A stretch of 62,476 nt of DNA, filler included, from Stramenopiles sp. TOSAG23-6 (GCA_900128565.1; 30 parts of 30 records of this genome joined end to end with filler, not necessarily neighbours in it), one strand, 5' to 3'; counted from the whole stretch's first letter, positions 25,270 through 37,753 are shown. Numbers and translations: made by a program. The notes: generated by a model not told the origin, from the letters alone.

Positions 25270-25659
25270 TTTGCGAAGTGGACGAGGAGCAACTCCTGTA
25301 CCTAATGAGCTTTCACGATTCTTTCCCGAATGACGTCGCACAATAATTTCTTCCGCTGCAGCGCCTATACCTCCTGCTTCGAATCGAATACTATCATTAA
25401 ACGCAATCATACTTTCTTTCATATTACGTTGTTGAAACTCTTCAGAGGCTGTTCGATCATGAGCGTGAAATCCGCCTTCAAAATGGTCATTCCAATGTGG
25501 CACGTCTGGGTTTGGTTCATTCATTTGTGGTACATTTGAAGATTTCTGTTTGTAATCATATGGTTGTGAAGTGTTTAGACCATTGTTATTGTAGGTATCT
25601 ACCGAACGTTGACCATTTTGTGCAAGTGGCGAGCGATTCATTTGTTGCGTATTTTGCAT
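25270..25659 (-). CDS. Hypothetical protein, 5' part
   Basis: ORF ends at a GTATGTTTT donor; divergent from the sirtuin gene. Confidence 0.45.
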
Positions 25660-26084
25660 AATGTGTTGGTACAGGTTAGGGTTTTCTATAATGATTTTTA
25701 TAGGTTTTCAAGTATTGCAGGTAGTAATAGGTTTGCGTTGTGTACAATATTGATGAATATTCAAACTATGTACAAAAAAACACGACTTTATTTTGTTGTT
25801 TGCCTTTTATTTTCGTATACACAATCTCGAAATCGAACCGTAAACGAATTCCTGACAAGAAAGATTTTTTTGTTCGGCGGTTTCTATCCAAAATGAAACG
25901 TAAAAAGCTCCGAGCCGGTAAACCGACGGTTTCAATTTCAAATCTCAAACATCTAGAAAATCTTTCTTACTATAGAAGCTTTCTTACTATAGAAGAAAGA
26001 TATCAGTTTTACATTTGTTTATAGTCTTATAGTTTTTATAGTTTGTATAAAACTATAAAACTATAAAAATAAATATTGAATAGT

Positions 26085-27161
26085 ATGGGTTGTTTTTGGG
26101 GCAAGTCAATAAAGAATGCATCTGTAGCAGCCTCAAGTAGATGTAAAACACTTCAAGATGTTGCATCTTTTATTATTGCTGGTAAAGTAAAGAACATTGT
26201 TTGGTTGTCTGGGGCTGGAATATCAGCATCAGCAGGTATTCCTGATTTTAGAACACCTGGAACAGGTCTGTATGATAATTTATCCAAGTATAATTTGCCA
26301 TATCCTGAAGCAGTTTTTGATTTGGCATTTTTTAAAAAAAATCCACTTCCATTTTATAGACTGTCACGAGAACTCTTACCAGGGTCATACCAACCAACAC
26401 TAACACATACATTTATTCAACTTTTATATAAGAAAAATATTCTACTACGCTCTTGGACACAAAATATTGATGGATTGGAAAGGGTTGTAGGCATTCCAGA
26501 AAAAAAACTTGTGGAAGCTCATGGAACATTTGCTACATCCCGTTGTATTTCGTGTATGTTTTTTTTTTTTTGAAAAAATATATTTTTTTTCATAGCAAAT
26601 TTTGTACCTAAACAAAAAATATTTTTTTTTTTTTTTTGAAAAATATTTTTTTTTTCATAGCAAATTTTGTACCTAAACTAAAAAGATTTTTTTTTTTTTT
26701 TTATATTTTCAAAAAATACATGTGGGACAAAATATCCATCTGATAGAATGAAGCGTTATATTTTATCTTTACGTAGTGAAACGTCAACAGTTCCTCAATG
26801 TAAGTCTTGTAGAGGCCTACCAAAGCCTGATATTGTTTTTTTTGGTGAATCTTTGCCAAAAAAGTTTTATAAAAATCAAAAAGATTTTGAAAAGTGTGAT
26901 TTATTAATTGTAGCAGGTACATCACTTGAAGTTCAACCCTTCTGTTCTTTACCTGGAAAAGTGAAAAATTCAGTTCCTCGTTTGTTAATGTACGTATTCA
27001 TCGTTAGGGTTAGGGTTATATGTCCATTTTTTTTTTATTTTATTTTATTTTTTTTTTTTTTGAATGTACCTTTCATACTAAAAAAAAAAAAAAAACAAAA
27101 ACAAAAAAATTAATTTTTTTTTTGTATTACATATTTTTTACACAACAGTAATAGAGAATTA
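26085..27161 (+). CDS. SIRT2: NAD-dependent deacetylase, class I sirtuin (SIRT2-like); exons 26085-26553, 26722-26989, 27149-
   Basis: [24 protein letters not shown], CxxC/Cxx[19 protein letters not shown], and PRLLINRE after splicing. Confidence 0.92.
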
Positions 27162-27291
27162 NNNNNNNNNNNNNNNNNNNNNNNNNNNNNNNNNNNNNNN
27201 NNNNNTTAATTAATTAANNNNNNNNNNNNNNNNNNNNNNNNNNNNNNNNNNNNNNNNNNNNTAGAAAACTATATTTATTTTTTTACAAAAA

Positions 27292-28470
27292 TTATGAATC
27301 AATTACAGCAGCAACACCTTTAATTTGGCTTGCATCAACACCTTGTTGTTCTTTTGCAAATCCAAGGAATATTTGTTCAAGTGTTGTTTGTCCAACACAA
27401 TATTCACTTAGTCCAAGGGCATCTTTATTACGTTCCAAGAGGCCAAATACTTTTCCAAGAGGAACCTTTGTGTCATTTCCAACATCCATACTACCACCAT
27501 TATTACCCATACTACCACCATTATTACCAATACTACCACCATTATTACCAATACTACCACCATTATTACCCATACTACCACCATTATTACTACCACCATT
27601 ATTACCAATACTACCAACATTATTACTACCACCATTATTACCAACACCCATACTACCATTATCAACATCCTCACTAAATGGTAAAGAAAGACGTAACGAA
27701 TTACCATGTTGTTCAACTAAAACAGCATCAGGTGATATATTTTGTTTACACCAAGCAAGTAAATTATCAAGTACATCTTCTGCAATCCACCACTCAATAA
27801 ATGATGGTACATNAACACTATTTTGCTGCAAAAGNAGATCTTGTAACACCCATGAAGATGATCCAGGTATACTGAATGATTCATATCGTGCAGCGTTACC
27901 TAGTTGTTGACATGCATTTAAAAGTTGATTTGAAGGTATTTTTAAGTCTGTAGCACTTTGTGCACCGTCAATATTTCCTGTTGTATTTGTTTTTATATTT
28001 CCTACACAAAGTGACTGAATTGCTGTAATTAATTGTACACTTTTCTCTCGACTACCTGGAGCAACGCGAACTTCTAATTGATATCCATGTCCATATCTAT
28101 CCTTTAAATGCTGCTCTGATCCAATGCACCGTAATCGACCATCCACCATGATTCCAATACGGGTACAAAGCGCAGAACATTCTTCCATTGAATGAGTCGT
28201 CAAGATAATAGTAGCCTCCCTATTCTGTGTTGATATTTCTGATATGAGAGACCACATGAAACGTTTTGCCACTGGATCCATTCCTGCTGATGGTTCATCC
28301 AGAAAGATAATTGGTGGTGCACCAATTAATGCAATGGCTACACATAATTTACGTTTATTTCCTCCAGATAATGATCCAGCAGATTTATCTGCAAACTCAA
28401 CTAAATCCATCTTTTTAATTTTCTCTTCAATCTCCATATTCAATGAATCGCCTTGAACACCTTTAATCAT
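27292..28470 (-). CDS. ABCA-subfamily transporter, C-terminal NBD2/regulatory part (5' truncated)
   Basis: [40 protein letters not shown] and QTTLEQIF are present; Walker A is absent. Confidence 0.9.
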   Translation of the reverse strand: MIKGVQGDSLNMEIEEKIKKMDLVEFADKSAGSLSGGNKRKLCVAIALIGAPPIIFLDEPSAGMDPVAKRFMWSLISEISTQNREATIILTTHSMEECSALCTRIGIMVDGRLRCIGSEQHLKDRYGHGYQLEVRVAPGSREKSVQLITAIQSLCVGNIKTNTTGNIDGAQSATDLKIPSNQLLNACQQLGNAARYESFSIPGSSSWVLQDXLLQQNSVXVPSFIEWWIAEDVLDNLLAWCKQNISPDAVLVEQHGNSLRLSLPFSEDVDNGSMGVGNNGGSNNVGSIGNNGGSNNGGSMGNNGGSIGNNGGSIGNNGGSMGNNGGSMDVGNDTKVPLGKVFGLLERNKDALGLSEYCVGQTTLEQIFLGFAKEQQGVDASQIKGVAAVIDS

Positions 28471-29251
28471 TAGGGTTTTGGTGATGCAGTTGTTGTTGCA
28501 GCTGTTGGTGTTGGCGTTAGTGCTGGTGTTAGCAATGCAGTTGTTGGTGATGGCGTTGGTGATGCCGTTGGTGATGCAGTTGGTAATGGTGTTGGTGATG
28601 CCGTTGGTGATGCAGTTGGTAATGCAGTTGTTGTTGCAGCTGTTGGTGTTGCCGTTAGTGCTGGTGTTAGCAATGCAGTTGTTGGTGATGGCGTTGGTGA
28701 TGCCGTTGGTGATGCAGTTGGTAATGGTGTTGGTGATGCCGTTGGTGATGCAGTTGGTAATGCAGTTGTTGTTGCAGCTGTTGGTGTTGCCGTTAGTGCT
28801 GGTGTTAGCAATGCAGTTGTTGGTGATGGCGTTGGTGATGCCGTTGGTGATGCAGTTGGTAATGGTGTTGGTGATGCCGTTGGTGATGCAGTTGGTAATG
28901 CAGTTGTTGTTGCAGCTGTTGGTGTTGCCGTTAGTGCTGGTGTTAGCAATGCAGTTGTTGGTGATGGCGTTGGTGATGCCGTTGGTGATGCAGTTGGTAA
29001 TGGTGTTGGTGATGCCGTTGGTGATGCAGCTGTTGGTGTTGCCATTAGTGCTGGTGTTAGCAATGCAGTTGTTGGTGCAGCTGTTGGTGTTGCAGTTAGT
29101 GCAGCAGTTGGTGCGGCTGTTGGTGATGCAGTTGTTGGTGTGCCTATTGGTGCTGGTGATGCAGTTGGTGGCAGCTGTTGGTGTTGCCGTTGGTGATGCA
29201 GTTGTTAGCGCTGCAGTTGGTGTTGCCGTTGGTGTTGGTGTTCTAGGTTGT
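28470..29251 (-). repeat. Pro/Thr/Ala mucin-like coding repeat, 138-nt (46-aa) unit about 4 times
   Basis: [46 protein letters not shown] repeated. Confidence 0.8.
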
Positions 29252-29634
29252 NNNNNNNNNNNNNNNNNNNNNNNNNNNNNNNNNNNNNNNNNNNNTTAAT
29301 TAATTAANNNNNNNNNNNNNNNNNNNNNNNNNNNNNNNNNNNNNNNNNNNNATAGGAAATTTTGTACCTAACGGTTTTTCACTAACTTTTTCACTTTTTT
29401 TTTATATTGTACACAAGTCATCATATATCTTTGTGTTCAATTGAATCTCAAGAGGATAGAAATTTATGTTTTGTATCGACAGAAAATATTCAAAAACCTA
29501 ATCCGACACCTAGAACAATTATCCAGTTATATTTCAAGAATCAGAAAGACTTCACTTCATGCTCTCCACAAGAGTACCTATTCATTATTCATCACTGTCG
29601 ACAAAGTTTTTTTACGCCAATTAAATTGCAAATA

Positions 29635-31248
29635 ATGAGTTCTGATGATATATCAGCTGTGTATCACAACAAAACCCATGAAGAATGTGTTCCTACCCCG
29701 GCAGAGCTCGCGATGAAGAATGGCTCTGGTATTGGTGACATGGAAGACATGGTAAATGGCCTTGACCTAGGCCCTGACGTTAGTCGTGGTTCTCGCCCAC
29801 CAATGGTACTCAATCGCGTTGTTTCCAAGCGACGTGCACAACGTAGAAAAAACAGTAATAATAGGGAAGTAGAATCAAAAAATAACGAAAATGTATCTGA
29901 ATTATCTAATTTGGAGTCTCCAGTGAAAAGTGAAAAAACCTCGGTTATACCCGGAACTCAATCAATCTGGGTAAAGACGTATGGTTGTTCCCATAACATC
30001 AGTGACAGTGAATACATGTCAGGAATGCTTGATTCTTATGGATATCGTATCGTTGAAGATAAAAGCTCTGCAGATCTTTGGCTTATTAATAGCTGTACTG
30101 TAAAGGATCCTTCGGAAAGCGCTTTTGTTAATTTAGTGGAAAGAGGAGCTAAACTAAACAAGGGTGTTGTTGTGGCAGGTTGTGTACCCCAAGGTGATGA
30201 AAATGTACGAGGTCTTGAAGATGTCAGTGTTGTTGGTGTTAGCCAAATTGATCGGGTGGTGGAAGTTGTTGAAGAAACTTTAAAAGGTAATACTGTCCGC
30301 CTGCTCGCGAAGAAGTCACTTCCCCGCCTCGATTTACCAAAAATTCGTCGTGATAATCTCATTGAAATTATTCCCTTATCAACTGGTTGTCTCGGTGCAT
30401 GTACATACTGCAAAACAAAACATGCTCGTGGAGTATTAGGTTCTTACACAATTGAAACTATTGTTAATCGGGCTCGTGTGGCTATTGATGAAGGTGTTGG
30501 TGAAATATGGCTTTCATCTGAAGATACTGGTGCATATGTATGTGTTCAACCCTAACCACTAGTACCCCTAACCACTTCAAATTTCGATTTTTTTTTTTTT
30601 CAAAATCATGTCTCTAACGAGTTTTATTTGAGTTGAAATATGTTCCAAAATTACATGGTCGTGATATTGGAACAAGTCTTCCTTCGCTACTTAATGCACT
30701 CATCGAACTCCTACCTATTGGAGGAAATACGATGCTCAGAGTTGGAATGACAAATGTATGTTTTATTTTTTTTTTGTTTTCGAAAAAAAAAAAATCGAAT
30801 TTATTTTTCGTACGAAATTTTGTACCTAACAAATTTTCTAAATTTTTTTGAAATATTTTTCCAAAATGCATCCGCCTTTTATTCTTGATCATTTAGATGA
30901 AATTGCGGACGCTTTAAATCATCCTCAAGTATTTTCATTTCTTCATGTTCCTGTCCAATCTGCTAGCGATAATGTTCTTCGTGGGATGAATCGTGAATAT
31001 ACAAGAGATGAGTTTTGTCGCGTTGTAGACTTTTTACGCCGACGGGTCCCGGGTATCGTCATTGCGACAGATATTATTTGTGGCTTTCCTGGAGAGACGG
31101 ATGTTGATTGGTTAGATACACTCAGACTTGTTAAGCGATATGAGTTTCCTATATTAAACATCTCACAATTTTATCCACGACCAGGAACGCCAGCCGCTCG
31201 AATGAAGCGCGTGAGAACTCAATTAGTCAAAGCGCGATCTCGAGAATT
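29635..31248 (+). CDS. CDKAL1: tRNA methylthiotransferase CDKAL1; exons 29635-30537, 30657-30755, 30872-31248
   Basis: TYGCSHN, radical-SAM [54 protein letters not shown]. Confidence 0.95.
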
Positions 31249-31493
31249 GTACGTTTCATTATGATTTTTTTTTTCTTTTTTTTTTTTTTCATAGTAAATT
31301 TTATACCTAACAAAAAAAAATTTTTTCAAAAAAAAAAAANNNNNNNNNNNNNNNNNNNNNNNNNNNNNNNNNNNNNNNNNNNNTTAATTAATTAANNNNN
31401 NNNNNNNNNNNNNNNNNNNNNNNNNNNNNNNNNNNNNNNGGTACAAAATTTCGTACGAAAAAAAAATTCATACAAAAAAAAAATAAAACATAC

Positions 31494-32390
31494 ATATTTT
31501 TCCACGGACGATAAATTTCCCATTTCTTCATTCCATCCTCCTAGCACATATAAACTAGGGTTACTTTCTCTCGCCAACAGTAATTTCCACGACTCCTTAC
31601 GCCAAGGTACCATGCGGTGATCTCGCTGTACATGTGAATATCTTTCCATTTGTAATTTTGCCACTAGTACAGCAGCTCCTTCTTCAGTAAGGCATCTATT
31701 AGTAGGTGTAAATACTGTTTTTCTCCAGAAACTACAAGTACCTTCAAGACAACCAATATCAGCTGATATTAATCCCGAATTAGCAATAATATATAATAGC
31801 ATTTCATTGGGTAATCTATGAAATGCTCCAGCTCGGTGCACAACAACATCGTCTTTATACAGTTCCATTGATAAAGAACGTGCGCGACGGCGCTGCAACC
31901 TCACGGCCTTTTTAGCTTCTTTTTTATCTAATTTACGAGCTTCCGCTCTTGCTTTTGCTTTGGCTTGCGACTTAGAAACAGCAGTAAGACTATGGTCTTG
32001 ATAAAATCTCATATTACCGCTATTATCATCATACTCAAAGTCGTCTAAAAGCTCCAACTTTTTTGCAACTCGGCTGTTTGCCTTTTTGTGGGAATGACAT
32101 CTCTTTCTACTGGATTTTGAACTACCAGGTGGGCTACTATATGGGGAGCGACATGCAGGGGAATTTGATCTTCTAGAACTATGATACTTTCTTGAATTGG
32201 GGGGAGAACGAGGACTGTTGTAGTCGACGTGGGAGTACTTGTCTCTTTGTGTAGGAGTATCAGAACCATTTTCTTCGTTCTCATTGCGACTTCGTCGTCG
32301 ACCACTTGGAATATATCCTTTCCCTCGATTCTTTCGTCTTTCAGGCTTCTTACTTCCATCCGAATGCTTACCTTTACCATGTTTACCCAT
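31494..32390 (-). CDS. F-box-like/Kelch-repeat protein, first exon
   Basis: FHRLPNEMLLYII (F-box-like) and LYVLGGWNEEMGNLSSVEKY (Kelch), then a GTATGTTTT donor. Confidence 0.7.
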
Positions 32391-32863
32391 TGTATAATAT
32401 TCAATGAAATTTATCTAATCAATCTAAGAGTATCTTACCGTCTCAAAAACGTTTCTATTTTTTGAATTTTTTCAGCATCGGAACGATCGGTTCCCGAAAA
32501 GGAGAGATGTATGTGGCGTGAAAGCGGAAAGCAGGTTTGTTCATGATGTCATGTTTTTGTTCCTCCGTTTCGGTTGACGTTTGAGTTGACCAATATAAAA
32601 CAACATAATTATTACCCCAAGTTGACCGGGTCTCTCTTCCTCTCTCTTTCTTTCTTTGATTTAGATAGGCTTTCAAATGATTCAAATTGCGAGACATTTT
32701 GTTCTTCTCAATGTTTCACTTCGACTTTGCCGAGTGCGTTCAAGGTACCAGAAGGGGCAGAAAATAAAGATTGTTGTATTAAAAAAAGTTCACACATCAA
32801 TAGTTCGTGCAACTATAGGAATAATAATACAAACGATATTTATAATTTTAAATTTGATGTTGA

Positions 32864-33370
32864 TTATCTTGAAGAATTTGTTTCACCTGGTAATGGGTGA
32901 ATATATACACCAGCATCAGCGTACATTAGGTTATAATCTGTTATTTCATTTTGAGCATAATATGAACAATCGCCACGTGTACCTAAACTTCCTTTGCCAT
33001 CACCCATTGCAAAACCTTCAAAACATTTGCACCGTCCCGAAGTAAAATCACAATGCCCTCTACCAGAGCATTCTATATCCTCCTTCGTGCCCATGACGGT
33101 CTCAGCTATAGCTATAGAAGATGTACCACCCGTAAGAGACGTACTATCAACAGTTAAAGGTGAAATGTTTCCAGGATTAGTCACAAAACTGATAGTAAGT
33201 ATTGCATTATTGGCACTATCGCATATACCTAATTCCTTGTAAAGGATACTGTCATTACTAAGGGTTTCAAGAATACCTGAACTAAACGTGAGTGAAGTAA
33301 CTCCAGGGCCACTACTCAATGCACCAACAAGACTATATACATTTTCACCCGTAAGAATATACACAGAATC
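32864..33370 (-). CDS. EGF-like domain extracellular protein fragment
   Basis: GTKEDIECSGRGHCDFTSGRCKCFEGF...GTRGDCSY, a type common in stramenopile surface proteins. Confidence 0.75.
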   Translation of the reverse strand, partial: DSVYILTGENVYSLVGALSSGPGVTSLTFSSGILETLSNDSILYKELGICDSANNAILTISFVTNPGNISPLTVDSTSLTGGTSSIAIAETVMGTKEDIECSGRGHCDFTSGRCKCFEGFAMGDGKGSLGTRGDCSYYAQNEITDYNLMYADAGVYIHPLPGETNSSR

Positions 33371-33578
33371 ACGTATTTTGGAAAAATATTTGAAAAAAAA
33401 ATCGTTAGGTACAAAATTTCGTACNNNNNNNNNNNNNNNNNNNNNNNNNNNNNNNNNNNNNNNNNNNNTTAATTAATTAANNNNNNNNNNNNNNNNNNNN
33501 NNNNNNNNNNNNNNNNNNNNNNNNTTGTACCTAACAAATTTTCAAAATTTTTTTTTGAAATATTTTTCCAAAATACAT

Positions 33579-34662
33579 GAGAGCAGCACAACAAAAGCTA
33601 AATGATGGTCTTGAGGCAATGGATGCTTTACGAGCGAGGAGAGCCTTTGAAAAAAAAGACAGAGAAGCAAGAGAAAGTACATTTTTAGTATGAATTTCAT
33701 TTTTTTTTTTTGAAAATTTTGTACCTAACATTTTTAGTATGAATTTCAATTTTTTTTTTTTTTTTAAAATTTTTTTATTTCAAAAAAAAATTTTGAAAAT
33801 TTTTTCCGTACGTAATTTTGTACCTAACAAATTTTTAGTATGAATTTAATTTTTTTTTCACAATACATGGGAATTGCGTGAAGCGAGGGAACGTAAACAG
33901 CGTATAGATGACATGCAAGCAGCAAGAGGCATTCAAGCGTTAGCAGCAGCTCGACGGCAAAAAAGAATTATTCAAGATCAAAGAGAAACATTTCACCGAA
34001 ATTATCAAGCTCAAGCTGAGCAGCGGGAGTATGTTTTTTTTTTTGAAAAAAAAATTTTTTTTTAGAAAAAAAAAAAAAAAAAAAATTTTAAAAAAAATTT
34101 TAAATTTTTTTTTTGGTTTTTTTTTAGTAAATTTTCAAAATACATGCAGATTCGATTAGTGGAAGAAGCAAAACAGAATTTTAGGGAGCAAAATCGTGAT
34201 GATATTCTTGCCCAGGTACAAGAAAAAGAAGAAAAGAGAAAACAAGCTCAAAAACGTTATATGTTCGTTTTATTTTTCTTGAATTTCGAATTTAATTTTT
34301 TTCGTACGAAAATTTGTACCTAACAATTTTTTTTTTATAGAAAATTTTGAAATATTTTCAAAAAATACATCAAGGAGGGGCATGAAAATGTTCGACGACG
34401 TGAGCGAGAACTGGAAGATGTGAATAAAATACAACAACAAAAGATTGAGTTCTTACGCTCTAAAGGTGTTCCAGACGCATACATGTACTTTTTTAATTTT
34501 AATTTTAATTTTTTTTTTTTTTTTTTTTTTTCGTACGAAATTTTGTACCTAACGATTTTTTTTACACTTTGGACATTTTTTTAATTTTACAGGAGTGATA
34601 TAATCAAATATGATGCACAAAAGGTCATGATGGACGACTATAAAAGAGGAGGCAGACGGTAA
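33579..34662 (+). CDS. CFAP45: Cilia- and flagella-associated protein 45, 3' exons (33579-33676, 33869-34028, 34146-34262, 34371-34484, 34593-34662)
   Basis: DALRARRAFE...KEG...KIEFLRSKGVPDAY matches the CFAP45 C-terminus; three GT-AT introns and one GT-AG intron. Confidence 0.8.
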
Positions 34663-35641
34663 TACTATTATATACTTACGAAGATATGTACAAGTTTTAA
34701 AAATCTAAAAATGTTTTGACATTTTTGCAAAAAAAATAAATTTAGATTTTTTTGATTGTAGAATTGCAAAACGTTTTTTTTTTTTTTTTTTTTTTTTCTT
34801 ACGAAATTTTTTACCTAACAAAAAAAATTTTTTTTTTTTTTNNNNNNNNNNNNNNNNNNNNNNNNNNNNNNNNNNNNNNNNNNNNNNNNNNNNNNNNNNN
34901 NNNNNNNNNNNNNNNNNNNNNNNNNNNNNNNNNNNNNNNNNNNNNNNNNNNNNNNNNNNNNNNNNNNNNNNNNNNNNNNNNNNNNNNNNNNNNNNNNNNA
35001 AAAAAAAAAAAAAAAAAAAAAATTTTTTTTTTTTTTTTTTTTTTTTTTCCATAGAATTTTTTTTTAGTCAATAATTTTGAACTCAATATCTTTTTTTTAA
35101 TGACACGTTTATTCTTCACTCTACATGGGGTAAGCTACTCACAGCAGGTGATGGAAAATATGATTCTTAAAAAATATACAATGCAGCATATATAAATTTT
35201 CATTGGCAAAGAAAATTTTTGTTTGAAAATTTTTGAGAATTTTGAGATTTTTGGTGAAATTTCAAATTTTCGTATTTTCATTCTTGTATGAAATGAATAT
35301 CGTTATATTTTATGTATCTATTATATATAAACATATATATAACAAATCTCTCTACATATATATATTTTAATATCATACATTTCATAACGAAAATATTGTA
35401 AACAGATGCAAATGCAAAGAAAAAAAAAATGTTTTTGCTTAGGTACAAAATTTCGTATGAAAAAAAAAAAAAAAAAAAAAAAAACGTTTTGCAATTCTAC
35501 AATCAAAAANNNNNNNNNNNNNNNNNNNNNNNNNNNNNNNNNNNNNNNNNNNNTTAATTAATTAANNNNNNNNNNNNNNNNNNNNNNNNNNNNNNNNNNN
35601 NNNNNNNNNTTTTTTTTTTTTTTTTTTTAAAAAATTTTCCC

Positions 35642-35675
<34 letters not shown>

Positions 35676-35715
35676 AATTTTTAATTTTTAATTTAATTTT
35701 TCTTTTTCATTCAAG

Positions 35716-37496
35716 CGACATTACTATTTACAAAATTAAAACGTTTGAAACAATATCTTTACAAATTATATTTGGGGTGAGAGTGAAGATGAAAATGAAA
35801 TCATGACAAATTTAAACGTTATGTGTACAGACCTATCTTTTGTGATTTCGTGTTGTTCAAAAACGTTTTCTTCTGGAGCTTCAGGAAATAATGTAGGAAA
35901 TAATGTCGAATCAGATTCAATCATTCAAAATGCTTTAAATGATCTTGGTATAATTCCATTTATTAATGAAATGTTGAAAATTCCAGTCCCAGATGTACGT
36001 TTTCAAAATATTTGTACAATGTTTATTTTTTTTTTATATGAAATTTTGTACTTGAAAAAAAAAGATTTTTTTTTTTTTTTTTTTTTTTTCAAAAATTTAA
36101 AAATTAAAATTTTTTTTTTTTTTTAAGACCTATATAAGAAAAATTTTATACCTAACAAAACAATTCTGAAAAAAAAAATATTTAATGCAAAATGAAAAAA
36201 CTGAAAATCTGGAACTCAATTCTAATACTATTGATGAAAAAAATAAAAATTTTGAAAATACAAAAAATGATTTCAGAGTTGGCGTCAAAGTGATTGAAAC
36301 ACTTCAAAAGTTTAATTTCTTATTAATTGCTTGTACGTTTTTATTATTATTTTTTTCTTTTTTTTTGTTTCGTAGATAATTTTATACCAAACAAGAAAAC
36401 AAAAAAAAAAAAAAATTTACACTACATGGATAAAAACAAATAAGAAAACTCAAGAAATAATGAGTGTATATGCGACAAGTCTGTACGAGCATATTGATTT
36501 AGTACCCGGTACCACTGATATGATTTGTGAAATTTTCAGGAATAATTTTGATTTATGTAAAGAAATCCCATATGCTCTTTTAGACTATTATATAATGAAA
36601 ATAATGAAGACAAATGATCCAAAAGCAGAATATACGTTTTCATCTTTATCATACACTTTTTTTTTTTTTTTTTAAATTTTTTTTTTTTTTAATTTTTTTT
36701 TAATTTTCATAGTACATTTTGTACCTAACAAAAAAAAATACCAAAAAAAAAATATTTCTTCACAATGTTTATCTGTCATTAATGAATATTGTATGTAATC
36801 CAGAAAACAAAGCAATACGAGATAATCAAATGTTTATTTTAAATAAATTAATGAGCAAAAAAAGAAATCAGAAGTGTCTTTTGCTATTTGCAAATGGAAA
36901 AGATTATGAAACACGAAAAACATTAATGAATAGAAATAATTTTATGGCATCAAATGTATTGCAATATCATATTCAATTATTAGAATTATTATCAAGTTGC
37001 TGTGCTGGAGATTTTAATTTAGCAGAGGCAAAATGTCAAACTGCGTTACATTCAACAGATCTTTTACGAGGCATTCTTGATGATGATACTAAATGGAGTA
37101 TTAAACTTCCACTGTTGCACCTTTTTTATAATATGTATGTTTTGTTTTGTTTTATTTTGTTTTGTTTTATTTTTTTTTTTATTTTCGGTAAAAAAAAAAA
37201 AAATCGAATTTATTTTTTTTTGGTAAAAAAATTTTGTACCTAACAAATTTTTTTAGATTTTTTTTTTGAAATATTTTTTTAAAATAAATGTGTATAGAGG
37301 CAGAGTTGAAAATTGCAGGATTAGTAAATGATGAAAGTTTTCATACGTTAATGGAAAATTTCAATTCATTTTTAGTCAAGTATTGTGAAATTGGAGCAGT
37401 TGGTATACAACAACATTTATATTCGATTGATTTAACAAAGGAACCTCAACTATTTCTTGATTATCAAAGATATGGGGAGAAAGGAGTGACGTCAAT
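35716..37496 (+). CDS. ITPR: Inositol 1,4,5-trisphosphate receptor-like channel, RIH-region exons
   Basis: EIFRNNFDLC and YHIQLLELLSSCCAG...AEAKCQ...CIEAELK align with ITPR; four complete introns, none ending in AG. Confidence 0.8.
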
Positions 37497-37753
37497 ATAT
37501 GTTTTACTTTTTTTTTTATTAATTTTTTCGTACGAAATTTCGTACCTAACAATTTTTATTTTTTTTTTATTTTTTTTTTGTATGAAAAAAAANNNNNNNN
37601 NNNNNNNNNNNNNNNNNNNNNNNNNNNNNNNNNNNNTTAATTAATTAANNNNNNNNNNNNNNNNNNNNNNNNNNNNNNNNNNNNNNNNNNNNACTTGTAC
37701 TATTCCTGTTTGTGTTTTTATATAAACACTTGTAACTGGTGTGTTACTTAATG

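Noticed and set aside
30536-30654. Reading the introns as U12-type AT-AC by sliding both ends 2 nt
   Set aside because: This works only where the exon ends in AT. It fails at 6769, 24717, 33677 and 34029 and gives AT-GC at 30756. The U12 donor ATATCCTT is absent, and AG-ending siblings fix the donor at GT. U12 machinery involvement is not formally excluded.
34485-34592. Hypothesis that only terminal introns use AG
   Set aside because: The last TMEM115 coding intron (2781-2880) ends in CAT, and AG introns also occur internally or first (2539, 52428, 61785).
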